64,000 nt of DNA, from assembly GCA_017466525.1 (NCBI GenBank), contig JAFTTY010000035.1, forward strand, positions 13,039 to 77,038. Reading direction: 5' to 3'. The notes under the pieces are model-generated. The model did no database searches. It was given only the letters and a program-made list of their open reading frames with translations, and had not been told where the DNA came from. Positions 29,423 to 37,910 of this stretch are shown piece after piece. This stretch comes from Alphaproteobacteria bacterium. Lineage in GTDB: Bacteria > Pseudomonadota > Alphaproteobacteria > Rs-D84. The first letter of the stretch is position 1; the number at the start of each line of letters is the position of its first letter. The position numbers were made by a program, and so were the translations under genes.

Positions 29423-31035
29423 TTTAATTTCCTTATTTTCCTTTCAATATCGGGGACAACTGTTAATCCATCATCAGATAAATCGATTGCGCGTTTATAT
29501 GCCTCTATTGCTTTTTTATTTTCGCCTTTTGTGGCATATATATCCCCCATGTTTACAAACAACGAAGAACATGTTTCTGATACTTCGCCAACACGCTCTA
29601 ATAATTCCAGTGCTGCGTCTGCACCTTCGCGCACTGCGACAACGCATCCCAGTGTATCCCATGCCAATATGTCTGCTGGATTTTGTGTCACCAACGTCAT
29701 GGCATAACTATATGCGTTATCTAATTCGCGATTTTGTTTTGCCCATATCTTTGCCTGTAATGATAATATTTCGGCATCAATATTCAAAACCTTTGTTGCA
29801 TCGCGAATATCTTTCTGTGCAGATTTTATGTCACCAAAAGCAAAGTAGATTTGTGCACGGCTTTTTATAAAGAATGCCCTGCCCGCCTCATTTAAGTTTT
29901 TGTCTTTTATCGCTTTGTTAACCACGCGTAATGCAGCGCGCTTGTTTCCGTTTTTAATATGGTGTCCAATCAGTTTGTTAACCGCAGGCACAAACAACGG
30001 ATGCTTGTCCAGTGCATCTTGCAGCACATGGATGTCGCCGTTTTTTTCTGCAATTCTTAATTGTGCAAATAGATAAAAAGGACTGTTTTTATCAATGTTT
30101 TTAAATTGCGCCTCATAATCGCCCGTATTGGTATAAAAATATTGTCCCAAATAATAGTTTATTGCATCGGTGTTTCTTGTGAAATTTGGTGCGGTTATTT
30201 CTGCAAATCTTAACAGCAGCATTGCCAAATCAGAATGCATCATGATTTGTGTGTGTGATACAGTTTGCACCAGGCTAAACGCCAATGCATTTTCATAGCC
30301 ACTATACACAGACCAGTCTGGTATTGTGTCATAGTCTAACATGTACATGCCGCCTGGGCGCTGTGTAAACTTTGCACGCAGTTCGGTTGATTTAACCGCC
30401 ATGTTATTGTGGTTATAAAAAGACATTAAATATAGATAGTCATTTATATTGATAAAATCTGTATTTACTTGGTCGAAATTTTCCGCTGCTTTATCAATGT
30501 CGCCTAATTCTGCATAGATTTGCCCACGAACAAAGGCCTTCCAAGAATTGTTGGTCGGTAGTTTTTCGATAAATTTGAACGTGTTTGTACGATAATCATT
30601 CGCAATTGCAGACCATATGCGCAGTGGGGCCGCCAATGCAGATTCATCTTTTTTGTGACGGTCGTGTAATTCTTTCCAGTTATTGTTTTTTACCAAATAT
30701 GCATCGTAAATTAGCTGTGCTGGTGTGCTCTTTTCTTTTTTTAGCAATTTTGCATCAGCTGGCATGCGGCCACTCAAAAAGTCTGATAAATATTTTGCGT
30801 TTTGAACGATTGGGTATTGTTCGTTGCCAAACGTTTCGGACAGTTGTACGGCCGTATCAAAATCGTTCACGTATATTGCGTGTTGTGCGGCCAAGAATGC
30901 ACCGTATTTCGTTTCTGGAAAGCGATGATTGCTTGTTTGGTTTTTGTTGTCATAGTGTTGCCATATCGCCCCACCGATGACGGTCAGCGTCGTCAATAAA
31001 CCGATACTGATAAATATCCTTTCTATTTTCTTCAT
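29419..31035 (-). CDS. Membrane-anchored TPR-repeat protein
   Basis: N-terminal TM helix (IFISIGLLTTLTVIGGAIW) and C-terminal TPR-like repeats. Its stop overlaps the gpsA start. Confidence 0.65.
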   Translation of the reverse strand: MKKIERIFISIGLLTTLTVIGGAIWQHYDNKNQTSNHRFPETKYGAFLAAQHAIYVNDFDTAVQLSETFGNEQYPIVQNAKYLSDFLSGRMPADAKLLKKEKSTPAQLIYDAYLVKNNNWKELHDRHKKDESALAAPLRIWSAIANDYRTNTFKFIEKLPTNNSWKAFVRGQIYAELGDIDKAAENFDQVNTDFININDYLYLMSFYNHNNMAVKSTELRAKFTQRPGGMYMLDYDTIPDWSVYSGYENALAFSLVQTVSHTQIMMHSDLAMLLLRFAEITAPNFTRNTDAINYYLGQYFYTNTGDYEAQFKNIDKNSPFYLFAQLRIAEKNGDIHVLQDALDKHPLFVPAVNKLIGHHIKNGNKRAALRVVNKAIKDKNLNEAGRAFFIKSRAQIYFAFGDIKSAQKDIRDATKVLNIDAEILSLQAKIWAKQNRELDNAYSYAMTLVTQNPADILAWDTLGCVVAVREGADAALELLERVGEVSETCSSLFVNMGDIYATKGENKKAIEAYKRAIDLSDDGLTVVPDIERKIRKLK

Positions 31036-31056
31036 GGTTATGTTAGAATAACGCTT

Positions 31057-31617
31057 ATGAGCAATAAAGTCAAATTTGAACAATATGCGTCACTGCTGCG
31101 ATTGTGGTCAACGCGCATGAACTTGGTTGCCCCCAGCACATTGGGGGATATTGAAACACGTCATATTGCCGATTCTGCGCAGCTTGCCGATGTTTTACCA
31201 CGCGATGTCGATGTTGTTGATTTGGGCAGTGGTGCCGGATTTCCTGGGGTTGTTTTGGCGATTTTGGGTTGGCGTGTGACGTGTATCGAATCGATTGGAA
31301 AAAAGGTTGCCTTTCTGAACGCGGTCAAAGAAGAATTAAAATTAGACAACTTGACTATTTATCATGGTCGTGTCGAAGAATATGTCCGGCATTTGCCGGC
31401 AAAAACGGATGATTTTGTATTTACATCACGTGCGTTTGCGTCATTGACCAAGATTATGGACTATGTTGGACGTACAAAACGCCGGCTTTTTCTATTAAAA
31501 GGCCGGGAAATTGAATCTGAAATTGCGTTGGCGAAACAAAAGTATAAATTTGATTATGAATTAATTCCGTCCAAGACCGGTGATGGTTTTATAATTTGTG
31601 TGCGTTTTTGCCGGTAA
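31057..31617 (+). CDS. rsmG: 16S rRNA m7G527 methyltransferase RsmG (GidB)
   Basis: DLGSGAGFPG SAM motif, RVEE and SRAFASL motifs. Confidence 0.9.
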   Translation: MSNKVKFEQYASLLRLWSTRMNLVAPSTLGDIETRHIADSAQLADVLPRDVDVVDLGSGAGFPGVVLAILGWRVTCIESIGKKVAFLNAVKEELKLDNLTIYHGRVEEYVRHLPAKTDDFVFTSRAFASLTKIMDYVGRTKRRLFLLKGREIESEIALAKQKYKFDYELIPSKTGDGFIICVRFCR

Positions 31618-31653
31618 TTTCATGTGAAATGAATTTTAACGTGTTGATTTTAG
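31615..31653. repeat. Left copy of a 39-bp direct repeat flanking the HExxH gene pair
   Basis: TAATTTCATGTGAAATGAATTTTAACGTGTTGATTTTAG matches 33565-33603 at 33/39 positions. It starts at the rsmG stop codon. Confidence 0.85.
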
Positions 31654-32564
31654 CGCGAATTCCAGTTTTTTAAAAAGTGCGTGTTTTTGCCGGCGATTTT
31701 GCTAATTGTAGAGTCCACTGAGTTCAAAATGCGTTGTCTTTGTTTTGTGCTGGCGGCAATCCACAGGTTTACAGGTCCTTTTTTACTTTCAAATTCCCAC
31801 ATTGGTGCCCACATTCCGCTGTTGGGCAAAAATAATGCCTCTTGCAGTTTGGCGCATTGGTTGTTTGGGGTATATTTTTTTGCGCTTCGGTTATTCATTT
31901 CGCGACGAATTGTTCCGATGTATGTTCCGCGTGCAGTTTCGCTTAGAAAGCGTTGTAATGCATTTTCCAAAACGATGTCTGCGATATGTTCTTGATTAAA
32001 GTCCGCGGGCGCATATCTCAGACTGTCGTTTGTTGTGTTTACAATCTGCTTGTCTGCATTTTTGATGATGCTTTTTTGTGTTGGGAATGCCTTATGATTT
32101 TCGTGTCTATAGTCTATCGCTTCGATAATTTCTGCGGCTGGTGCCATAATTTCATTCATGGCTGCGATTCTGCCACGTGTAAAAGAATCAAATTTAGACA
32201 CGTTTTTTGTCAGACTTGCTTTTCGTGCGTGTTCTGTTTCGTGGCGTATGGTTAGTGGTATCAGGTTGTTATTGTTGTTGCAATATCTGTGTATTTTTGG
32301 GTTGTTGCTTTGTGGGTTAAAATAGTATATAACAATGGTGTTATTGTGTGCTTTGAATTCGCCTGCTGCGTATTTGCATTTAAATTTTTCAAACTGTTCA
32401 TCTGTGACGTTTATGGTGTCTATGCGTGTTCTTATGCTTGGGCGTACTTCGGTCTTTTTTTGCGGTTGTTTATTTTGTTTGTCGCGCGTGATAAATGGTG
32501 TTGCTGTGCATGTGATTGCCAGGGCTATCCCAATTGACCAAGATGCGACTTTTTTGAATTTCAT
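31650..32564 (-). CDS. Exported HExxH protein (putative zinc metallopeptidase), paralog A
   Basis: Signal-like N-terminus. LTIRHETEHARKA is followed 25 residues later by AAMNEIMAP, an HExxH...NE arrangement like that of gluzincins. Paralogous to the next gene. Confidence 0.7.
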   Translation of the reverse strand: MKFKKVASWSIGIALAITCTATPFITRDKQNKQPQKKTEVRPSIRTRIDTINVTDEQFEKFKCKYAAGEFKAHNNTIVIYYFNPQSNNPKIHRYCNNNNNLIPLTIRHETEHARKASLTKNVSKFDSFTRGRIAAMNEIMAPAAEIIEAIDYRHENHKAFPTQKSIIKNADKQIVNTTNDSLRYAPADFNQEHIADIVLENALQRFLSETARGTYIGTIRREMNNRSAKKYTPNNQCAKLQEALFLPNSGMWAPMWEFESKKGPVNLWIAASTKQRQRILNSVDSTISKIAGKNTHFLKNWNSR

Positions 32565-32569
32565 ATTTT

Positions 32570-33517
32570 CTATCGTGTTAAATAGTTTTTTATGTTAAAA
32601 GCAATATTGTTTGGCGGCAGTTTGTCTGTGTTTGCTTGTATTATAGAATCGATTGTGTTCAGGGTTTTTTGACGTGTTTTATCGCTTGCGGCCAACCACA
32701 GGTTTGCCTGTCCGCCGGCTGTTTCAAATTGCCACATTGGTGCCCACATATCGAATTCTGGCATGAAAAAGACTTTTTGTATCGGGTCGCATTCCTGATT
32801 TGGTGTGTATGATATTTCTAGTGTGTTATAATATTCGCGTCGTAATGTTGATACGTATTGTCCGGTTTTGATTTCGCCTTTAAAGCGATCCAGTGCGTTT
32901 TTGATGACAATGTCTGCAATTTTTTGGTTGTTAAAATCGATGGGTTGTGCCGGTGTTTGTTGGTTAGTTGTATTTAATATGTTGTCGCATGCTTTTTTCA
33001 CAAATACTTTGCATGTTGGAATTGGTTTTTGGTTTGTGTAGTGGTAATCCATCGCTTCGATAATTTCGCCGGCAGGCGCCATTGTTTCATTGATGGCCGC
33101 GATGCGTGCGCGTGTTTGTGCGCTGTAATGAGGTTTAGTCATTTTTGTCATGTGTGCTTTGCGTGCGTGTTCCATTTCATGGCGCAGTGTTAGTGGCAGC
33201 ATCCCGTTTTGGTGATTACAGGCGTGATTAATGTATTCTGCATTGTCTGTTGGATTATAGTATGTTACCGTAACCTTGTTTTGTAATGGTGTAAAAACGC
33301 CGGCGATTGCCTTTGGGTATTCGATGTTAAAGTTTTGTCTGTTCAGGTTTAGTGTATCTATTTCGACAATTAGTTTTGGACGTGGTTTATAGCTTAGGAT
33401 TCTTGCGCGTTCAATGTCTTTATCGTGAGCGTTTTTTACAAGCAATGCCGGCCCCAGCACGGCTGTGACGGTCATTGCGATTGATAATGATAGTGTACAT
33501 AATTTATCAAACTTCAT
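32570..33517 (-). CDS. Exported HExxH protein (putative zinc metallopeptidase), paralog B
   Basis: Signal-like N-terminus and LTLRHEMEHARKA ... AAINETMAP. Blocks shared with paralog A: IADIV..NAL.RF, MWAPMW.FE and NLW.AAS. Confidence 0.7.
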   Translation of the reverse strand: MKFDKLCTLSLSIAMTVTAVLGPALLVKNAHDKDIERARILSYKPRPKLIVEIDTLNLNRQNFNIEYPKAIAGVFTPLQNKVTVTYYNPTDNAEYINHACNHQNGMLPLTLRHEMEHARKAHMTKMTKPHYSAQTRARIAAINETMAPAGEIIEAMDYHYTNQKPIPTCKVFVKKACDNILNTTNQQTPAQPIDFNNQKIADIVIKNALDRFKGEIKTGQYVSTLRREYYNTLEISYTPNQECDPIQKVFFMPEFDMWAPMWQFETAGGQANLWLAASDKTRQKTLNTIDSIIQANTDKLPPNNIAFNIKNYLTR

Positions 33518-33564
33518 AATATTAAACTATATAGCACAAAAAATATATTTTGTCAATCAATTAA

Positions 33565-33603
33565 TAATTTCATATGAAATGGGGTTTAACGTGTTAATAT
33601 TAG
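33565..33603. repeat. Right copy of the 39-bp direct repeat
   Basis: TAATTTCATATGAAATGGGGTTTAACGTGTTAATATTAG. It contains the perfect 14-bp palindrome ATTTCATATGAAAT. Confidence 0.85.
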
Positions 33604-33689
33604 TCGCTTTTTTTATTTGTATAATATAAACCCTTGACCGAATCGACCGGTTTTTATAAGGTGTACATGAAAAGTATGGAAAGGGAAAA

Positions 33690-34472
33690 ATGACACGAAT
33701 TATTGCATTTGCGAACCAAAAAGGCGGCGTTGGTAAAACGACGACCGCAATTAATATTGGTGCATCATTGGCGGCGATTAAGCGTCGTGTATTGTTAATT
33801 GATTTAGATCCCCAAGGGAACGCTGGGACCGGACTTGGTTTTGTACGTGCGTCGCATCGCCAAAGTGCGTATGGCGTTATCATGGGGACTGCAAATGCTG
33901 CTGATAATATTTTGACGACCGCGGTACCGGGGTTGCATTTGTTGCCGTCGTCCCAGGCGTTGGCAGGCGCAGACATTGATTTGTTAGATATGGAAAATCG
34001 CGAATTTCGTCTGCGCAATGCATTGGCGCCAATTCTGGAACATTATGATTACATTCTGCTGGATTGTCCGCCCGCATTGGGGTATTTAACTATTAATGCA
34101 TTGACCGCATCGGACAGTGTTGTTGTTCCGTTACAGTGTGAATTTTTTGCACTCGAAGGTGTTCAACAACTGACCGATACCATCAGTGTTGTCAAAGAAA
34201 AGTGGAATCCTACATTAGATATACTGGGTGTATTGCTGACAATGTATGATAAACGCTATGGTGTGACGCGCGCAGTCGATGATGATGTTCGCGCAACGTT
34301 TGGTGATTTAGTGTTTAAGACAGTTGTTCCGCGCAATGTTCGCGTGTCAGAGGCACCATCACACGGCAAGCCGGCATTGTTTTATGATTTTAATTCTGCT
34401 GGCGCCCAGGCGTATCTGCGTGTCGCGACAGAGGTGGTAAACAGAACCGAAGGGGGAATCGATGGCGAATAA
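33690..34472 (+). CDS. parA: Chromosome partitioning ATPase ParA (Soj)
   Basis: Deviant Walker A ANQKGGVGKTTT and DLDPQGN; 260 aa. Confidence 0.95.
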   Translation: MTRIIAFANQKGGVGKTTTAINIGASLAAIKRRVLLIDLDPQGNAGTGLGFVRASHRQSAYGVIMGTANAADNILTTAVPGLHLLPSSQALAGADIDLLDMENREFRLRNALAPILEHYDYILLDCPPALGYLTINALTASDSVVVPLQCEFFALEGVQQLTDTISVVKEKWNPTLDILGVLLTMYDKRYGVTRAVDDDVRATFGDLVFKTVVPRNVRVSEAPSHGKPALFYDFNSAGAQAYLRVATEVVNRTEGGIDGE

Positions 34473-35340
34473 ATTTGGATTAGGACGTGGCTTGGCCGAT
34501 TTACAGGCGTCGCGCGGCACAATACCTGATATATCATTACTAACGCCAACAGAACGCGTTGTTGTAAAGCAAATTCCGTTGGCGCAAATTGGCGCAAATC
34601 CTGATCAGCCACGCAAAACATTTACAGAAAACGAATTGGCGGACCTGGCCGCGTCAATAAAAGAAAAAGGCGTTTTACAACCAATTTTATTGCGCGCGGT
34701 AAGTGGGCGTCCATATGCATACGAAATTGTTGCAGGTGAACGTCGTTTTCGTGCGTCCAAGATGGCTGGATTGAATGAGATTCCTGCATTGGTAAAAACG
34801 ATTGATGACACAAATGCGCGCGAAATAGCACTAATTGAAAATGTTCAACGTGAAAATCTGAATCCGATAGAGGAGGCAAACGCCTATAAAAATCTGATGG
34901 AATGTTGCGATTATGAATTGCCGGATGTTGCGCGCCTGATTGGAAAATCCGAAAGTTATATTCGTAATATGCTACGCTTAACATCGTTACCAGATTCTGT
35001 TCAAAATTTGGTCGGTCAGGGCGAATTGTCCGCATCCCACGCCCGCACGATTGCGGTTGCAGAAAATCCCGAAGAATTGGCACATAAAATCATTGCAGAA
35101 AAGTTATCTGTTGCAGATGCGGGTAATTTGGTAAAAAGTGCGCCACGTGCAAAAACGACGCGCGCAATTGTTCAAAAGACAATTGATGCAGATGTCCGCC
35201 GTGATATAGAAAAACGACTGGCAAAATCATTAAATTCGCCGGCAAAAATCGTTGAGCGTCGGGGTGGGGCGGGGCAGATTGTAATATCGTTTGCGACACG
35301 AACGCAACTGCACGAACTGGTTGAAAAATTAACTATATAA
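34462..35340 (+). CDS. parB: Chromosome partitioning protein ParB (Spo0J)
   Basis: GLGRGL start, IVAGERRFRASKMAGL box and an HTH region. The start overlaps the parA stop. Confidence 0.95.
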   Translation: MANKFGLGRGLADLQASRGTIPDISLLTPTERVVVKQIPLAQIGANPDQPRKTFTENELADLAASIKEKGVLQPILLRAVSGRPYAYEIVAGERRFRASKMAGLNEIPALVKTIDDTNAREIALIENVQRENLNPIEEANAYKNLMECCDYELPDVARLIGKSESYIRNMLRLTSLPDSVQNLVGQGELSASHARTIAVAENPEELAHKIIAEKLSVADAGNLVKSAPRAKTTRAIVQKTIDADVRRDIEKRLAKSLNSPAKIVERRGGAGQIVISFATRTQLHELVEKLTI

Positions 35341-35355
35341 AAATATGCAAAAAGG

Positions 35356-35369
35356 CCGGCAAATGCCGG
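35356..35369. repeat. Copy of the CCGGCAAATGCCGG hairpin core directly after parB
   Basis: Exact 14-nt core preceded by AAAAGG. The expected T-run is replaced by the GC-rich element that follows. Confidence 0.7.
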
Positions 35370-35371
35370 AC

Positions 35372-35422
35372 AATCCCATTCGCTGGCGAAGGGGTGCCGC
35401 GAATGCGGTGGGGTAGTGGTAA
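35372..35422 (+). repeat. GC-rich palindromic (REP-like) element, family 1, copy A
   Basis: AATCCCATTCGCTGGCGAAGGGGTGCCGCGAATGCGGTGGGGTAGTGGTAA. About 45/52 positions match the reverse complement of 41518-41569. Confidence 0.85.
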
Positions 35423-35444
35423 TGATTGTAATTAAAAACAAACA

Positions 35445-35472
35445 AAAAAGCCGGCAAATGCCGGCATTTTTT
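35445..35472. terminator. Bidirectional terminator between the parB side and the convergent radical-SAM gene
   Basis: A-run, hairpin GCCGGCAAATGCCGGC (35450-35465), then T6. Confidence 0.8.
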
Positions 35473-36481
35473 ACTTTGATAATCCGGGTATCAGGTTCCT
35501 GATATACAATCGTAAATCTTCGTATTGTGCAGACCGTACTAAATCACGCCTAATTGCCGGCAAATCCCGGGGATTTTTATTTCTGTCGCGCCATGGGGCA
35601 TGGATTTTTCTGCCGGTGTTTTCGCCCAACATCACGTTCCCAAAACTATCAAACGCCATAATTATTTGTGGTCTTTTATCCCGGGTCAAGAATTTGAACT
35701 GTGGCATTTCGACCGGAACTGCGTCTTCTAAATTATTCGCACGTCCGTGTTTATTTAATTGCGCGCTGCTGCAATAAACCAGAACGCGATCATTAATCGC
35801 ATAAAATATTTGATTTCCACCACCAACCAGTTCCAATTCCGTAATACGATTGCCGTCTTTGTTCAGTTTTTTTATTAATTCGGCAAACATCGGCATGTCT
35901 TTATCAAATGTTGATATGTGTATCATGCATGTGCTGTTGCTTTGTGCACGCGACAAGTCTGATATTAATTGTGCATTTTTATTTATGCAATCTGCATGAT
36001 ATCTGTCCAACGACAGTGAAATTTGTAACGGTGACACGTTTATTTTGCCTGGGCTGTACCGCGTTAAAACATCTGCCAGGTCACAAATAATCTGTTCGCG
36101 ATACTTATTTGTTTTTGTTGCCCAGCCTGCATTGGTTTTTATATCAACGCCACACCCATGGGACAGACCGCAATCCAACAATTCTTTTACATATTTTGTA
36201 TCGTGATTGTAGTACGCACTGAAAATTTCGCCACCCGTAAAGATTAATTCTTTCCCGAATTTAGGGTCTTTTATTGCCTGATTTATATATCCCTTGATGA
36301 CATCTGCCGGGATATATTCTTTGGGCATATTTGGACCACATGATTCCAAACAGTGCGCGCAACTATACCAACACCAATGTGTTGTCTTAAACCCCATGAT
36401 ATAAGGCAGCTTTCGCACATATTCACGCGAAATGCAAATTTTATCCATGGTATCTTCGTAAAAATCTTTAATCATTGACAT
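35471..36481 (-). CDS. Radical SAM domain protein of unknown function
   Basis: CWYSCAHC (CxxxCxxC) cluster near the N-terminus, with a FTGGEIF (GGE) SAM-binding motif 40-50 residues later. The ORF is open to 36577, but the extension crosses the pal terminator. Confidence 0.7.
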   Translation of the reverse strand: MSMIKDFYEDTMDKICISREYVRKLPYIMGFKTTHWCWYSCAHCLESCGPNMPKEYIPADVIKGYINQAIKDPKFGKELIFTGGEIFSAYYNHDTKYVKELLDCGLSHGCGVDIKTNAGWATKTNKYREQIICDLADVLTRYSPGKINVSPLQISLSLDRYHADCINKNAQLISDLSRAQSNSTCMIHISTFDKDMPMFAELIKKLNKDGNRITELELVGGGNQIFYAINDRVLVYCSSAQLNKHGRANNLEDAVPVEMPQFKFLTRDKRPQIIMAFDSFGNVMLGENTGRKIHAPWRDRNKNPRDLPAIRRDLVRSAQYEDLRLYIRNLIPGLSK

Positions 36482-36545
36482 ACTTCTATGTATATCACAA
36501 AATCCGCATTTGTCAATATATTTGTCAAAAAAATAAAATTTATAT

Positions 36546-36573
36546 AAAAACACCGGCATTTGCCGGTGTTTTT
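36546..36573. terminator. Intrinsic terminator after pal
   Basis: AAAAA, hairpin CACCGGCATTTGCCGGTG (36551-36568), then TTTTT. Confidence 0.8.
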
Positions 36574-36591
36574 GCATAATTTTTGCAACAA

Positions 36592-37011
36592 TTATTTAAC
36601 TGTTGTTGTGGCATTACGATTCCATTTCCAGACTTCTTCGCCAGAACCCTGAACCAATGGACGTTCTTTACCATAAGAAATTGTAGAGATACGTTTTGCA
36701 TCAATACCGTCATTTACGATAACTTCTTTGGCTGCGTTTGCACGACGTGCACCCAATGCCAAGTTGTATTCTGTTGAACCACGTTCGTCGCAATTACCTG
36801 CGATTTGGATTTTAACATCTTCGTGGTTTTTCATATACAACGCCTGACCTAACAGGTTGTTTTTTGCATCTTCGGAAATTTCAGAAGAATTGAAACCAAA
36901 GAATACGCGTTGATCGTTTAAGTCTGCTGGTTCGACGATTTTAGAAGAACCACCACATGCTGCTAACAAGCCAGCAACGCCTGCCAACATAGCTAAGTTT
37001 TTAATTTTCAT
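36592..37011 (-). CDS. pal: Peptidoglycan-associated lipoprotein Pal (OmpA-like)
   Basis: Lipobox LLAAC and an OmpA_C domain (FGFNSSEI..., GNCDERGSTEYNLALGARRA). The ORF extension to 37338 lacks coding features. Confidence 0.92.
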   Translation of the reverse strand: MKIKNLAMLAGVAGLLAACGGSSKIVEPADLNDQRVFFGFNSSEISEDAKNNLLGQALYMKNHEDVKIQIAGNCDERGSTEYNLALGARRANAAKEVIVNDGIDAKRISTISYGKERPLVQGSGEEVWKWNRNATTTVK

Positions 37012-37088
37012 GAAAATACTCCCTTGAGTTTTTGTTGCTCGTGCTATATTGTACAATAAAAGGTTTGAAAAATCAAGGAAAAACACAA

Positions 37089-37871
37089 ATGTCTGATAAT
37101 ACGTTGCGGGATTTAGAGTTGGCTGGTGTGTATTGGGAACTGGCAGACATGCCAATTGGTGCCGTACAAAAGGTTGCGTCACCTGTGACTGATACGCCTG
37201 TGCGACGTGATGCAACATCAATTGTCGCAGAAATCGGACGTGCTGCAACGACTGTGGTGCCACCAATTGCGCCGGTCCAGACAATGTCGATTGAAACGGT
37301 ACGTGCAATGGCGTCACGTCCAAATGATATGCCTGCATTGGGCAGAATGATTGGGGAATTTAATCATCCATTACGTGCCAGTGCAACAAATACGGTATTG
37401 CCACATATTGCGCCGGGGCAGGGTGGTCTGGTTATCTTGGCGGACATTCCGGGTTCTGATGATGATGCAACGGGGAATATTCTATCGGGGGCATCTGGCG
37501 AATTAATGGACAAGATGTTGGCTGCTATTGGTTTGTCACGTGATAGTGTTTCTATTGTTCCTATTTTATTTTGGCGTACCCCTGGGGGGCGTACGCCATC
37601 GCGTTCTGAATTGGATTTGGCGCGTCCATTCGTTGACAGGGCATTGGAATTGTTAAAGCCGCGCGTTATTCTGACGTTGGGGACATTACCTGCAACAGAA
37701 ATGGCGGGTGTAAATCTGGGGCGCGCCCATGGCATTCCTGTGACAACAGATTCTGGGGTGACAATCATGCCAATATTCCATCCGAATTATCTGTTATTAA
37801 AGCCTGCGGCAAAACGTGATGTTTGGAATGCATTGCAAAATGTACAAAATATCTTGAAAAGTGCCGAATAA
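37089..37871 (+). CDS. Uracil-DNA glycosylase superfamily protein (family 4-like, divergent)
   Basis: C-terminal UDG fold: LADIPGSDDD...SGASGELMDKML.AIGL and FHPNYLL. Motif A is ADIPG rather than the usual GEAPG. Confidence 0.65.
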   Translation: MSDNTLRDLELAGVYWELADMPIGAVQKVASPVTDTPVRRDATSIVAEIGRAATTVVPPIAPVQTMSIETVRAMASRPNDMPALGRMIGEFNHPLRASATNTVLPHIAPGQGGLVILADIPGSDDDATGNILSGASGELMDKMLAAIGLSRDSVSIVPILFWRTPGGRTPSRSELDLARPFVDRALELLKPRVILTLGTLPATEMAGVNLGRAHGIPVTTDSGVTIMPIFHPNYLLLKPAAKRDVWNALQNVQNILKSAE

Positions 37872-37910
37872 TAGTCAATAATTTGCACATGTTTAATAAA
37901 GGAGCGTACA

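Noticed and set aside
34841-34856. parS-like sequence TGTTCAACGTGAAAAT inside parB, and ...GCACGTGAAAAC... inside queH (about 775).
   Set aside because: The first matches only about 12 of 16 consensus positions and is not palindromic. It coincides with codons for the conserved ParB motif NVQRENL. The queH site has an extra base in the left half-site. Neither is convincing as a centromere site.
35471-36577. N-terminal ORF extensions and small ORFs that read through the hairpins, translating as ...HRQMPVF... or ...NTGICRYF.... Examples are 35471-36577, 9856-10056, 15047-15328, 22941-23303, 23272-23493, 26625-26948, 26717-27001 and 4289-4492.
   Set aside because: These peptides are simply translations of the recurring CCGGCATTTGCCGG terminator and its A/T runs. 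The true starts lie downstream, and the ORFs lack any other coding signal.
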